From: Candidatus Borrarchaeum weybense
GTDB taxonomy: Archaea > Asgardarchaeota > Sifarchaeia > Borrarchaeales > Borrarchaeaceae
DNA length: 15,775 nt
Direction: 5' to 3'
Assembly (NCBI GenBank): GCA_019057385.1
Contig: JAHQJS010000001.1
Span: 74,871 to 90,645, forward strand
Shown here: positions 15,337 through 15,775 of the stretch, in pieces
How positions within the stretch are numbered: position 1 is the stretch's first letter
Layout of the letters: each line of letters begins with the position of its first letter
Notes under the pieces: model-generated
Databases searched by the model: none
The model's input: only the letters and a program-made list of their open reading frames with translations
What the model was told of the DNA's origin: nothing
Position numbers and translations under genes: made by a program

Positions 15337-15774
15337 TTATGCAAACCTATGTATTGTCAAATTAGTTCTTTCACGAGCACCTTGTAAGTTTCTGGGAGCA
15401 GCATTAGATTGAGCAACGAATATTTCTATATACTCTCCGGCAGCTAAATAAACATCTTTAAAGCAGGATACATCAATATTACCTACTGTTGGAAAACAAT
15501 ATCTTAATGTCTGGTCAACAACCTCCCCATTAACTTTTATTTGAAGTTGACAGTTATTGTTTGTATCGAGACTTTGAAACCTTCCATTTGCCTTAACAGA
15601 ATAATACCCAGCATTCGTAGCCGTATACCTATAATTCGTAGAATTATCAAATTCACCATCAATGTCATAATCTTCAGAATCAAATTCAACTTTTTCAAAA
15701 GCGAGGCCTCCTGAAATAGACTGGTTTGTAGAAAGATAAACACTTATTTTCGAACTGAATCCTCCACCTACATT
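15337..15774 (-). CDS. Partial CDS (start lies outside the window): C-terminal C1q/TNF-like domain, probable tail fibre or receptor-binding protein
   Basis: Open frame of 145 codons, not in the ORF track: ...SKISVYLSTNQSI...EKVEFDSEDYDIDGEFDNSTNYRYTATNAGYYSV...LQIKVNG...DVYLAAGEYIEIFV...TNLTIHRFA*. It matches the C1q pattern F-D....D..G.F....Y/F-T....G-Y-Y and L..G(D/E).I. Confidence 0.82.
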   Translation of the reverse strand, partial: NVGGGFSSKISVYLSTNQSISGGLAFEKVEFDSEDYDIDGEFDNSTNYRYTATNAGYYSVKANGRFQSLDTNNNCQLQIKVNGEVVDQTLRYCFPTVGNIDVSCFKDVYLAAGEYIEIFVAQSNAAPRNLQGARERTNLTIHRFA

Positions 15775-15775
15775 T

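Noticed and set aside
15537-15743. 68-aa minus-strand ORF in the track
   Set aside because: Out-of-frame overlap with the longer C1q-like frame 15337..15774, which has a recognisable domain signature.
13692-15775. Diversity-generating retroelement targeting the fibre tips
   Set aside because: No reverse transcriptase and no adenine-mismatched TR/VR pair is visible in this window.

Overview
A 15.8-kb, gene-dense segment of a large tailed-virus (probably T4-like or jumbo phage) genome. Every credible gene is on the minus strand, so transcription runs right to left. In that order: the C-terminal C1q-like domain of a probable fibre protein (cut by the window edge and missed by the ORF track); a Nal1-type trypsin-like serine protease fused to tail-fibre-like modules; a second, membrane-anchored trypsin-like protease; two lipoproteins; a gene split by a 4-bp duplication; a 671-aa acidic multi-domain protein ending in a Tad3-like (anti-Thoeris-like) domain; an 80-aa protein joining a twin-arginine signal to a T4 gp23-like capsid motif; a NUMOD3-HNH homing endonuclease; small Zn-ribbon and membrane proteins; a 276-aa acidic protein; a GIY-YIG nuclease; four small Ig-like structural-type proteins; a 1124-aa acidic modular protein; and the 5' half of a tRNA-Met(CAU)-like gene at the left edge. 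The most striking signal is that the large acidic proteins look like strings of small unrelated domains separated by recurring E-S-K-x-x-E and [ILV]-x-E linkers, which resemble the sites cut by Glu-specific prohead proteases. I infer capsid-packaged polyproteins that release many small, possibly anti-defence, effectors. All family assignments come from motif recognition by eye and were not checked by search. The host cannot be determined.
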